Shown piece after piece: positions 1 to 8,786 of a DNA stretch of 63,010 bases (positions are counted from its first letter, which is position 1; every line of letters starts with the position of its first letter). Origin of the DNA: Candidatus Altimarinota bacterium (GTDB taxonomy: Bacteria > Patescibacteriota > Gracilibacteria > JBDHUY01); the NCBI GenBank assembly GCA_039809385.1, contig JBDHUY010000013.1, positions 1 through 63,010 on the forward strand. Reading direction: 5' to 3'. Below the pieces are notes generated by a model that worked only from the letters and a program-made list of their open reading frames with translations, did no database searches and was not told the DNA's origin. A program made the translations under genes and the position numbers.

Positions 1-1441
1 TAGGAAATGTCTTTGTTGGCTCGCCCTCTGCGAGGGCTCGCCAGCCGATTTTAAGCGCAAATTGGAATTTTTTATCTTTCAAAATGAAGTTCGAGCCGAT
101 ATTTTTTAGGAATGCTCGGATTTCTTGATTGTCGCTTCGCGACAAAAGAATTTTGGCTTGGCTACTGGCTAAAATCATTTCTTTCATCGGTTCGAGCCAA
201 TTATTTCCTTTTTGTTCAAAATCTTTTATTTTCTGTTGAATATCCAGCTTCTCGTTGAGAAGTTTTTGTTTTTTCTGCTGATATTCCTCTGGCTCAATGC
301 CTTTTCCGCCAATAAACAGATCAAGTAAATTCTCGGTTTTGGCTTCGATTTCTGTTTTCTTGGTTTGGAGATTTTGAACAAAAACTTTCGTTTCTTCTTT
401 TGCCTGTTCCCGTTCTTTGTCTATCTCGGCAAGCATATTTTTTGCCCAGTCGTCAGGCAAAGAAACTTTTTGAATAATCGCTTTCATCTGTTCAACGAGA
501 TTTTCTTCCCGCAAATATTTTTCATTACAAGGTTGCTTTTTCTTGGTGCAACGATAATAGTGATGTCCTTTTTGCTTTTCGGCAGTTATGAGGCAGTCGC
601 AATTTCCGCATTTCATCAAACCAGAAAAAGCAAATTCGTGCCTTCGCTTGCGTTTCTTTTTTCCTCGATTGCTCATTACTTGTTGAACAGAATCAAAAAG
701 TTTCTTGGAAATAATTGGCTCGTGCGTTCCATCATAGATTTCACCGTTGAAAGAAAATACACCGTAGTAAATCGGATTTTGCAAAAGTCGCTGGACACAG
801 GAAACCGAAAGAACATTGCCTTTGTAGCTTCTTAGCCCCGCTTGATCCAAAATTTTAGCAAGGGCTTTTAGGGTATATTCGCCAGTTGCGTAAAGTTCAA
901 ATGCTTTTTTGATAAATGGTGCTTTTTCACTATCAATATCAATCGCCCTTGTTTTTGGATTATTGGAATATCCAAGCGGGGCAAAATTTGGCCAAATTCC
1001 TTTTCGCAGTTTTGCTCTATGCCCTCGTTTAATATTCTCACTTAAATTGTCGATATAATATTTACTTTGGCCAAAGGCAATGTTCATCATGAATTTCCCT
1101 TGTGGTGTGCTATCAAACCAGAATGTTGGAAACTTCAAATCTAAAATCTTTCCTGTGTCCAGCAGATAAATGATTTTGCCTCCGTCTATTGAATTTCTAG
1201 CCAGTCGATCCGGATGCCAAGCCAAAATTCCTTGGGCTTCACCCCTTTCAATCCGAGCAAGCATTTCGCCGAACACAGTTCGGCCAGGTTCTTTGGCAGT
1301 TTTTGCCTCGCAAAGCGAGGCGACGATTTCAAGTTTTTCTTTGGCGGCAAATTCTTTTAGCTCAGCAAGCTGAGCTTCAATACTTAAAACTTGTCTTTCT
1401 TCGCTGTCTGTTGATTTTCGAGTGTAGATAAAATATTTCAT
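1..1441 (-). CDS. Large serine recombinase (resolvase + recombinase + Zn-ribbon + coiled coil), 3' end beyond window
   Basis: Manual translation from ATG at 1441: MKYFIYTRKSTDSEERQVLSIEAQ (catalytic YxRxS), WHPDRLARN, SENIKRG, PLGY, GTHEPIIS, FSGLMKCGNC...YYRC...C. Frame stays open to base 1 (...WRALAEGEPTKTFP). Missing from the ORF track because no stop lies in the window. Confidence 0.95.
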   Translation of the reverse strand, partial: MKYFIYTRKSTDSEERQVLSIEAQLAELKEFAAKEKLEIVASLCEAKTAKEPGRTVFGEMLARIERGEAQGILAWHPDRLARNSIDGGKIIYLLDTGKILDLKFPTFWFDSTPQGKFMMNIAFGQSKYYIDNLSENIKRGHRAKLRKGIWPNFAPLGYSNNPKTRAIDIDSEKAPFIKKAFELYATGEYTLKALAKILDQAGLRSYKGNVLSVSCVQRLLQNPIYYGVFSFNGEIYDGTHEPIISKKLFDSVQQVMSNRGKKKRKRRHEFAFSGLMKCGNCDCLITAEKQKGHHYYRCTKKKQPCNEKYLREENLVEQMKAIIQKVSLPDDWAKNMLAEIDKEREQAKEETKVFVQNLQTKKTEIEAKTENLLDLFIGGKGIEPEEYQQKKQKLLNEKLDIQQKIKDFEQKGNNWLEPMKEMILASSQAKILLSRSDNQEIRAFLKNIGSNFILKDKKFQFALKIGWRALAEGEPTKTFP

Positions 1442-1506
1442 AGTTATCCCTTAAAAATTAAAAATGAAAATTCGGGAAGCCCGCTTTTGGCCAGCCCCTT
1501 CGGGGC

Positions 1507-1702
1507 AAAGATAAAAAATTCCAATTTGCGCTTAAAATCGGCTGGCGAGCCCTCGCAGAGGGCGAGCCAACAAAGACATTTCCTAACTGGCGGTGTGCGT
1601 TCGAAAAAATTCGAACTGATTTCGCCCAAAATTTGTAGGGCGGGCGGAATTCCCCCCAGCCCCCCCCTTCCGCCCGCCCGCAGAAGCGACCCTTTCGAAT
1701 TG
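1507..1702. repeat. Internal inverted copy of the joined element ends (putative attP copy)
   Basis: 1507-1585 is the exact reverse complement of 1-79. 1587-1702 is the reverse complement of 5309-5423 with about 2 mismatches and 1 indel. Confidence 0.95.
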
Positions 1703-1863
1703 AAAAACTGCCAAAGAACCTGAAAAAATATCGGCTCGAACTTCATTTTGGGCCAAAAGCGGGCTTCCCTCATTTTTAATTTGATTGATTTCATAAAATT
1801 TGTTAGTATATTTATGAAGGGTTAAATAAGCACCCATACTAATACTATCATACTTAGGAAACT

Positions 1864-2079
1864 ATGAAAAGTCAAAACGATAACGAAACAATTGGGGATA
1901 AGATAAAACAGCTTAGAAACAAGCAGGGATTAACGCAGGACGAATTAGCGAGAAAATCCGACCTTCCCTATACAACACTGACCAAGATTGAAACAAATGT
2001 TATTACTAAGCCGACCATTCAAACTGTAGTAAAAATAGCCAAAGGACTTGGCGTAAGTCTTGATGATTTAATGAAATAA
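1864..2079 (+). CDS. XRE-family HTH regulator (C/controller-like protein)
   Basis: IGDKIKQLRNKQGLTQDELARKSDLPYTTLTKIE...PTIQTVVKIAKGLGVSLDDL; directly upstream of the RM gene. Confidence 0.92.
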   Translation: MKSQNDNETIGDKIKQLRNKQGLTQDELARKSDLPYTTLTKIETNVITKPTIQTVVKIAKGLGVSLDDLMK

Positions 2080-2083
2080 AAAT

Positions 2084-5000
2084 ATGTCTAATATTGATAT
2101 ATTAATCAATAAAATAAATGGGAAGTATTTTAAATACTATATCTCTAAGCGAGATACTATTTCGAGTGAAGAAGATTTAAGAGTCGCATTTTCATCACTA
2201 ATTGACATAATCTCAAAAGAAAATAACGTAGCTATTCTCGAAGAACACCACGAGTATAGCGTGTTAAAAGGACGCATTGACTCACTTTATGGCGAAGTGA
2301 TAGTTGAATATAAAGAACCCCATTATCTAGATAGCTCTAATAGTTCTTCCAAAAATATGAAAGCTATTGAGCAAGTACAACGTCATATTGTCGGAATAGA
2401 GAAAAGACAGAAAATTAATATTAATAGATATTTAGGTGTAATTTTTGATGGATACAAGATAGTTTTTGTTAGAAGAAGAAATAATTTATGGGATGTAGAA
2501 AGCCCAGTGGATGTCAGTGAGAAATCATTTAAATTGCTTCTGCAAAGACTTTTTTCTATTGGCATACAGGGCAAGGCCTTAATTATCGACAATTTAATTA
2601 AAGATTTTAGTATCGTCTCAGATGATACTATCGATGATGTAAAGACATTGTTGGTCAATTTTGTAAAAAATGATAAGGGTAAGATCAATTTATTATTTGA
2701 ACAATGGAAGATTCTTTTCAGGGAAGTTTGCGGATATGATTTTGATACAAAAAAAATTGAAATTAAGGAACTCGCTAAAACTTTTCGAATAGAAAGTGAG
2801 GTTGATGACTTACCACGAATAATATTTGCTATCCAGACATATTATGCGCTCTTTATAAAATTACTTGGGGCTGAAACACTAACTTATTTCCGCCATAGGG
2901 ACAGGAGCTTCATCTCATCTTTAAATAAAGATAATCTTGAGCATAGAATAACATCTTTAGAAAGTGGAGAAATTTTTAGGCTGGAAGGTGTAAACAACTT
3001 CAACGAAGGAGACTTCTTTAGCTGGTATTTATTGTGTTGGAATAGTGAAATAAAAAACACAGTTCAAAAAATATCTACCAAACTTAAAGAATATGATTTT
3101 AGTTCACTAAATTTGGAACCTAAGGAGGCCAAAGACCTTATCAAGAATATTTATCATTACCTTTTGCCACAAAAACTAAGACACTCATTAGGAGAGTACT
3201 ATACTCCAGATTGGTTAGCAGAATTTTTAGTAAAAAAACTTGATATCGATTTTTCTAAAAAAATTAGAGTATTAGACCCCACCTGTGGTTCAGGCACCTT
3301 CTTATCAATCCTTATAGAAAAGATAAAAGAAAATAACGATATTTTAGAAAAAAACAAGTTAATTACCTGTTTAAACAGTATAGTTGGTATAGACTTGAAT
3401 CCCTTAGCAGTAATTTCTGCAAAAACAAATTATTTAATAGCCTTGTCTGAATACTTGAATGACATCGAGGAAGGCGGAATTGATATTCCCATTTATTTAA
3501 GCGATTCCTTATTAGCGCCACTTGAATTTAAAACAAAACATAAAACATACTACGCTTTACCAACTAAAGTTGGCATATTTAAAATCCCAGTTTCTTTAAT
3601 TCAAAATAAACAATTAGATATATTTTTAAATCTTGTAATCGCCTGTATTGATGTTGAGCTAAGTGTTGAGAAATTTAAGATTAAATATACTAGCCTTGAA
3701 TTGAATCTTTCTAATGCTGATAATGATTTGGTTTATGAGTTTTACAATACACTTTTAGAATTACAGAAAAAAGGACTTAACGGTATCTGGGGTAAAATCA
3801 TTAAGAATATATTTGCACCCGCTTTCTTTGATAATTTTGATTATATTATTGGTAATCCGCCTTGGATTAATTGGCAAAATCTACCAGAAGATTATAGAGA
3901 TTCTATAAAAAAATATTGGGAAGATTATAAAGTATTTTTGCATAAAGGATTAAAAGCAAGATTAGGTTCATCTCACGATGATATTAGCGTACTTTTAACA
4001 TACGTTGTAATGGATAAGTATCTAAAAAAAGATGGGCTTCTTGGTTTTGTACTTCCTCAGAATTTATTACAATCGTCGGGGGGTGGCGATGGATTTCGTA
4101 GGTTTCAAATTAAAGACGAAATACAAGTTAAGGCAGTTGTCGTAGATGATTTCGTTGCGGTGCAACCATTTGCAGACATTGGTGCTTCAAATAAGCCAGC
4201 GACTATAATTTTACAAAGAAATAATGTAACTACATATCCAGTCCCTTATCGTAGGTGGTACAAAAAAAGCAAAGGTACAATACCTTCTGATCAGCCATTA
4301 AGTGCTGTTCTTCCTTTATTACAGAATGAGGAACTTGTAGCAGAGCCAATAAAAAACAAGACCCCAGGCTCCTCTTGGCTTATAGCGGACAATAAAAAGA
4401 TAAAAGTATTAAAAGCCTTAGTTGGTCATTCAGATTATCGTGCTAGAAAAGGCGTAGATTTTAGTCTTAATGGCTTGTATTGGGGAAAAATTTCTAGGTC
4501 AAAGATTAAAGGGAATATAGTATTTGAAAATGCATCAGATATCGGAAGAAAAAAACTAAAGCCCTATCAAATACCTCTTGAAAAGGATGTTATTTTTCCA
4601 ATACTTCGCGGGAAAGATATAGAGAGGTGGTTAGCTGAGCCCAGCTATATGGCAGTGATTCCTTATGATAATAGTGGTAAATGCATCCGGACAGAAGATT
4701 TAAAAAATGAATATCCAAATACTTACAAATTTTTTTACAAAACTGACGAGGAAATTACGCGATGGCTAGATACAAGAGGAATTTATCAAAAACACCTTAA
4801 ATTAGCCAATATACCACTACATGGTTTATATGATATTGGAGAATATACCTTTAGCAAATACAAGGTTGTTTGGAAAGCATTAGCTAGTGGAATGATAGCA
4901 AGTGTTATAAACTCTATCGATTATGGTTTATTGGGTAATAAGTTGGTTATTCCTGATCATAATGTCTTAATGGTTCCTTTAGATACGGCAGAAGAAGCCC

Positions 5001-5239
5001 ATTATTTGTGCGGCATATTGAATAGTGAAATTGTCAATGAATTTGTCATTGCTTATATTTCTTGGTTTTATTCAAGCCATATTTTAGAACATATTAATAT
5101 TCCGAGTTTTAATGTAAATAATCGAAATCATCGAAGAATCAGCGAGCTATCACAAAAAGCACATTTGCATAAAAAATTAACAGAGTTTGAGCAAGAAGAA
5201 CTTAATAATATAACACTGGCAATTTTAGAAAAAGATTAA
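2084..5239 (+). CDS. Type IIG/IIC fused restriction endonuclease-N6-adenine methyltransferase
   Basis: N-terminal RIDSLYGEVIVEYK (PD-(D/E)xK-like), GEYYTPDWLA, motif I VLDPTCGSGTFL, motif IV IIGNPPW, C-terminal TRD-like region (YKVVWK...YLCGILNS). AT-rich. Confidence 0.9.
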   Translation: MSNIDILINKINGKYFKYYISKRDTISSEEDLRVAFSSLIDIISKENNVAILEEHHEYSVLKGRIDSLYGEVIVEYKEPHYLDSSNSSSKNMKAIEQVQRHIVGIEKRQKININRYLGVIFDGYKIVFVRRRNNLWDVESPVDVSEKSFKLLLQRLFSIGIQGKALIIDNLIKDFSIVSDDTIDDVKTLLVNFVKNDKGKINLLFEQWKILFREVCGYDFDTKKIEIKELAKTFRIESEVDDLPRIIFAIQTYYALFIKLLGAETLTYFRHRDRSFISSLNKDNLEHRITSLESGEIFRLEGVNNFNEGDFFSWYLLCWNSEIKNTVQKISTKLKEYDFSSLNLEPKEAKDLIKNIYHYLLPQKLRHSLGEYYTPDWLAEFLVKKLDIDFSKKIRVLDPTCGSGTFLSILIEKIKENNDILEKNKLITCLNSIVGIDLNPLAVISAKTNYLIALSEYLNDIEEGGIDIPIYLSDSLLAPLEFKTKHKTYYALPTKVGIFKIPVSLIQNKQLDIFLNLVIACIDVELSVEKFKIKYTSLELNLSNADNDLVYEFYNTLLELQKKGLNGIWGKIIKNIFAPAFFDNFDYIIGNPPWINWQNLPEDYRDSIKKYWEDYKVFLHKGLKARLGSSHDDISVLLTYVVMDKYLKKDGLLGFVLPQNLLQSSGGGDGFRRFQIKDEIQVKAVVVDDFVAVQPFADIGASNKPATIILQRNNVTTYPVPYRRWYKKSKGTIPSDQPLSAVLPLLQNEELVAEPIKNKTPGSSWLIADNKKIKVLKALVGHSDYRARKGVDFSLNGLYWGKISRSKIKGNIVFENASDIGRKKLKPYQIPLEKDVIFPILRGKDIERWLAEPSYMAVIPYDNSGKCIRTEDLKNEYPNTYKFFYKTDEEITRWLDTRGIYQKHLKLANIPLHGLYDIGEYTFSKYKVVWKALASGMIASVINSIDYGLLGNKLVIPDHNVLMVPLDTAEEAHYLCGILNSEIVNEFVIAYISWFYSSHILEHINIPSFNVNNRNHRRISELSQKAHLHKKLTEFEQEELNNITLAILEKD

Positions 5240-5308
5240 GAATTTGCCAGCCAAACTGGGTGAAGCCCAGAGTTCCGCTTTTAGCGGAACGAAAAACTTG
5301 AAATCGTC

Positions 5309-5423
5309 CAATCCGAAAGGGTCGCTTCTGCGGGCGGGCGGAAGGGGGGTCTGGGGGGAATTCCGCCCGCCCTACAAATTTTGGGCGAAATCAGTTCGAA
5401 TTTTTTCGAACGCACACCGCCAG
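5309..5423. repeat. Right-end repeat of the element (inverted relative to 1587-1702)
   Basis: About 115-nt GC-rich reverse-complement match, with internal hairpins GGGCGG...CCGCCC and GTTCGAA-TTTT-TTCGAAC. Confidence 0.95.
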
Positions 5424-5518
5424 AATCCAATCGAGTTATTTGAGCTATACAAACTTCAACAGGCATAGGAGCTGTACTTTTTATCCATATATTCAAAATT
5501 ACGTTCATAAAGATTATC

Positions 5519-5956
5519 ATGAAAATCTATATTACCGCCCCTTTTCAAGGAAACAAAAATCGAGACCAGATCGAAAATATGTGTGCAATCGTCAACAAAT
5601 CCGGTTTTGAAGATTTTTGTTTTGTACGCGATGTCGAAAATTACCAGAAGGTCTTTCATAATGCTCATGAACTAATGCAACGAGCCAAAGAAGAGATCGA
5701 AAAATGTGACGCATTGCTAATCGACTATGACGGTCCGGCCAGCGGTCGTATGATAGAACTTGGCATCGCGTATGCCTTGCAGAAAAAAATCATGTTGATA
5801 ACCCACAAAGGAACTACTGTAAAAGAAACCGTAACTGGAGTTACGAATGCAATCATTGAATACGAAACTCTCGAAGATATTGTTGAACCGATGACAAAAA
5901 TTCTGTCAGATTGGACAAGAAATGAGAATATTGCTCAAGACCTTAGCAGAACTTAG
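5519..5956 (+). CDS. Nucleoside 2-deoxyribosyltransferase-family protein
   Basis: MKIYITAPF...IEKCDALLI...SGRMIELGIAYA family motifs. Confidence 0.8.
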   Translation: MKIYITAPFQGNKNRDQIENMCAIVNKSGFEDFCFVRDVENYQKVFHNAHELMQRAKEEIEKCDALLIDYDGPASGRMIELGIAYALQKKIMLITHKGTTVKETVTGVTNAIIEYETLEDIVEPMTKILSDWTRNENIAQDLSRT

Positions 5957-6044
5957 TCATAGAGATTCTTCATAATGAGTTTGCTTTAACAACAAGCGAG
6001 TATTTTTCTGTCTTACCACTTTCACGCTAAAAAATAGATAATAT

Positions 6045-6263
6045 ATGGAAGTGATACGTCAAATAATAGGATTTGTTGGTATTGTTATCGTCATCCCTAT
6101 TTGGGGACTCACAGGAGTATTGATTATTATGGGCATCGTTGGCTTGGTTAAAAAGGATTTTGCATATTTTAAAAGGGTATTACGAGTTTGGTGCTATTGT
6201 TGGCTAGCCTTTTTAGCCCTGTTGCTCGTCTATTTCATAATTACATTTATGTCTTCGCTATAA
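6045..6263 (+). CDS. Small membrane protein (2 TM)
   Basis: Two hydrophobic segments, followed by a terminator. Confidence 0.6.
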   Translation: MEVIRQIIGFVGIVIVIPIWGLTGVLIIMGIVGLVKKDFAYFKRVLRVWCYCWLAFLALLLVYFIITFMSSL

Positions 6264-6278
6264 TGACCGCATCAGCAA

Positions 6279-6318
6279 GAAAAAGCTCTGCGCGATATTT
6301 GCTCGCAGAGCTTTTTTC
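6279..6318. terminator. Bidirectional intrinsic terminator
   Basis: AAAAAGCTCTGCG...CGCAGAGCTTTTTT between convergent genes. Confidence 0.8.
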
Positions 6319-6346
6319 AAATATACAAAACAGAATGTTCTTTGAA

Positions 6347-8284
6347 TTATAAATTCCCAAACGCTTCCAGAAACTTATACAGAATCTTACCGATCTCGGC
6401 CCGATTGACAAACGAATTCGGCTTGAACGTTCCGTCGGGATTCCCGCTGATCATCCCCAAAGCTTTGGCTTTACAAATATCGCGAACATATTTGTTACTG
6501 CTTGAAACATCCGAAAAACAACTTCCGGGAGCATCGGACGTATCGATACCAAAGACATCCATTGCAAATCCGATCACCTGTCCGCGCGTAGCCGCATTGT
6601 TCAGACCGAAATTATCGTCGGTCAGAATGCGATAGTTTTTAAAGAGCACTACCTGATAAAACTTCTTGGCCCAGTGTGACATAGTATTCTTTCCGACATC
6701 CTGACTCTCGACCGACGGATTGGCAAAGAGCGTAGAGCCTTCGCCTTTATCGGACGCATTCAATAACATTTTGAACAGCTCGGCGATCGTAACGTTATTG
6801 GCGGGTCTAAAAAGACCAAGAAAATTTCCGGCAGCATCTTTATAACCGCCGACAATCCCCAAATCCCTGAGTTTACGCACAAACGGAAAGAACCAGGTAC
6901 TGTCGTCGACATCGGTAAAGTTCAGCAGATTCTTGCCGAATTTGAGATTGACGGCTTCCTGGGTCGCTTTGTTGACCGAGGCGGTAAGCTCGGAAAGAGC
7001 TTTTTGCAATCGCTCGCTGGTAAGCGTCGGATCCACAAAGAGCGTCTTCATGTCCGACAATTTATTTTCCAAATCGCCATACTGGTCTTTATACCACTGA
7101 TAGGCTCGGATACTACGCAGGGTTTTGATTCCCTCGGTAACGTCGATCCCCAGCGCGTCTCTCAGCTGGAGTAACGTATCTTCCAGATCGAATATCCTTT
7201 CGATCAGACGATTATGCCGATCGACCAGACCAGCCAGAACCCGATAGGGATTATTATAGAGACTTTCTATGTGATAACCATTACCATTACTGTCCAGTTT
7301 TTCCGTCAGATCGATGGATCGAAGTTCGTCGAGCGTAAATGTTTTTGTGACAGAATCGTTCACCTGCAAAGTGACTTGGGTGACTTCTTCGGGAGCATAT
7401 AGCAGAAGTCCGTCGTAGTGATTAAGGGTTTGGGTCGAAAAAGAGACATCGCTGGAAGCCGGACAACCGTTTACGATTGAGCCGCTCCCCGACATATTAA
7501 ACGTACAATCGGTCGAGGTAGCGGGCGTCACTTTGTCGTTTGCATCGAAAAAAAGTGTCCGGACCAACCGTCCGCCGCTACCACTAAAGGTGACCTTCCC
7601 TTGCCATTCTTTTTTGGTAGTTGTAAATATCGTTTCGAGTTGGGGAATCTTGCCCCACGTCACTGCGAAAAGTACCGGCCATTGATCATCAGTACCAATA
7701 TTTTGAATCTGGACTTTATGTCCCAGCGTATCGGTCGTAAATGTTGTGTTAATATTGCGCAGCTCTTTGACGGTATAAATCTTCGTCACTTCGCCGGTAC
7801 GGATCTTTACTTCCTGATTGAGAGACTTCGGGTACAATTTAACCTTAACCGCATCAAAGGTTTGGGAGATTGTCGAACTCCACTCCAAGCGGGCAAGGTT
7901 TGCAGGATCGCGGGGAAGAACAGTATCTTCGGGTTCGAAGAAAACGGTTTTTTTCAAGAAAGCCCGTCCCTGTCCCTGCATGTCGACATACCCGTCAAAG
8001 TTAATCGTGGAGCCGGTAGCGGTACGTTCAAAATAGCCCCATTTGACCATGAGATTGATCGGTCTCAAATCTTCGTTGAAGCCGACACCCTCGCAAATAC
8101 CGGGGTAGGCAATCGGAGTCCCGGTAGCCATGCAGTCGTTGCTGTACGTTACTCCGTTGACGCCGCACACCGGCAGATATTCTTTGGTACAAATGAGCTC
8201 CGCGTTACTTTGAGAAAGGGGCATGGTGAATATTATGCCGCCGAAAAGCATAAAAACCAGAAGCGAGAGAAACGATCGTTTCAT
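6347..8284 (-). CDS. Secreted SLH-domain protein with N-terminal Kazal-type domain
   Basis: Signal peptide; CTKEYLPVCGVNGVTYSNDC...C (Kazal-like); C-terminal FTDVDDSTWF, GLFRPANNVTIAE, GNPDGTFKPNSFVNRAE (SLH). Confidence 0.85.
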   Translation of the reverse strand: MKRSFLSLLVFMLFGGIIFTMPLSQSNAELICTKEYLPVCGVNGVTYSNDCMATGTPIAYPGICEGVGFNEDLRPINLMVKWGYFERTATGSTINFDGYVDMQGQGRAFLKKTVFFEPEDTVLPRDPANLARLEWSSTISQTFDAVKVKLYPKSLNQEVKIRTGEVTKIYTVKELRNINTTFTTDTLGHKVQIQNIGTDDQWPVLFAVTWGKIPQLETIFTTTKKEWQGKVTFSGSGGRLVRTLFFDANDKVTPATSTDCTFNMSGSGSIVNGCPASSDVSFSTQTLNHYDGLLLYAPEEVTQVTLQVNDSVTKTFTLDELRSIDLTEKLDSNGNGYHIESLYNNPYRVLAGLVDRHNRLIERIFDLEDTLLQLRDALGIDVTEGIKTLRSIRAYQWYKDQYGDLENKLSDMKTLFVDPTLTSERLQKALSELTASVNKATQEAVNLKFGKNLLNFTDVDDSTWFFPFVRKLRDLGIVGGYKDAAGNFLGLFRPANNVTIAELFKMLLNASDKGEGSTLFANPSVESQDVGKNTMSHWAKKFYQVVLFKNYRILTDDNFGLNNAATRGQVIGFAMDVFGIDTSDAPGSCFSDVSSSNKYVRDICKAKALGMISGNPDGTFKPNSFVNRAEIGKILYKFLEAFGNL

Positions 8285-8786
8285 AGAAAGAACAAAAAAT
8301 AATGGGAAATAAACTGCCCTTTATTGTAGTACAAACAAGAATTCGCGCAACAAAAAGCGCTTACTATCAACTGGAAATATGCGAGACAAATCTGAAAAAT
8401 AGATGCATTATACTAGAGACTCCATCGTAGTTATTCACTCCCATTTCTTATTATGTTCTCAATATCCTGCGAAGGATGAAGCACTCGTACAATCTCAAGG
8501 GCATCGTTGGTAATATAGTAGAAAACCTTTTATAAACCATACTCGCATATTATAAAAAGTTGACTGGGATAGCTTGTAAACTGGCCCCAGTGAGGAAAAT
8601 TTGGCTATATGTTCTACTCATGCGTCCGGAAACACGTAAAAAGCTGTTTTCGTACAAACGAGAGAAACCAGCAAACCATTTCTGCTTCCAGGTGCAACCC
8701 GAAACCAGAAGTTTCTTGCAGATTCTCCAAACTCCCTACTCCTAACTCATGCGCCCTGGTGTCGGCTGTCAGCTGTTCGCTGTAAG

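Larger units (their letters stand above)
1..5423. mobile_element. Integrative element: large serine recombinase + XRE regulator + Type IIG RM cargo; left end at or just beyond the window start, right end at ...CCGCCAG (5423)
   Basis: Recombinase gene and AT-rich defence cargo. Homology between 5309-5423 and the internal inverted copy (1587-1702) stops abruptly after CCGCCAG, and the same internal copy continues into the reverse complement of bases 1-79. Confidence 0.8.

Noticed and set aside
365-1373. + strand ORFs 365-835 and 1170-1373
   Set aside because: Antisense shadows of the recombinase gene.
1444-1837. ORFs 1444-1794, 1487-1723, 1583-1837 (and 5244-5468, 5281-5520)
   Set aside because: They are translations of the GC-rich structured repeat in several frames. 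Their mutual similarity comes from the DNA repeat, not from protein conservation.
5258-5269. 12-bp complementarity to 1233-1244
   Set aside because: Both sites form their own local GGG-TGAAG-CCC hairpin at junction positions, so this is more likely a shared hairpin motif than a long-range helix.
5394-5423. GTTCGAA...CCGCCA resembling a tRNA 3' half
   Set aside because: The spacing is wrong and there is no cloverleaf. No complete tRNA or rRNA was seen in the window.
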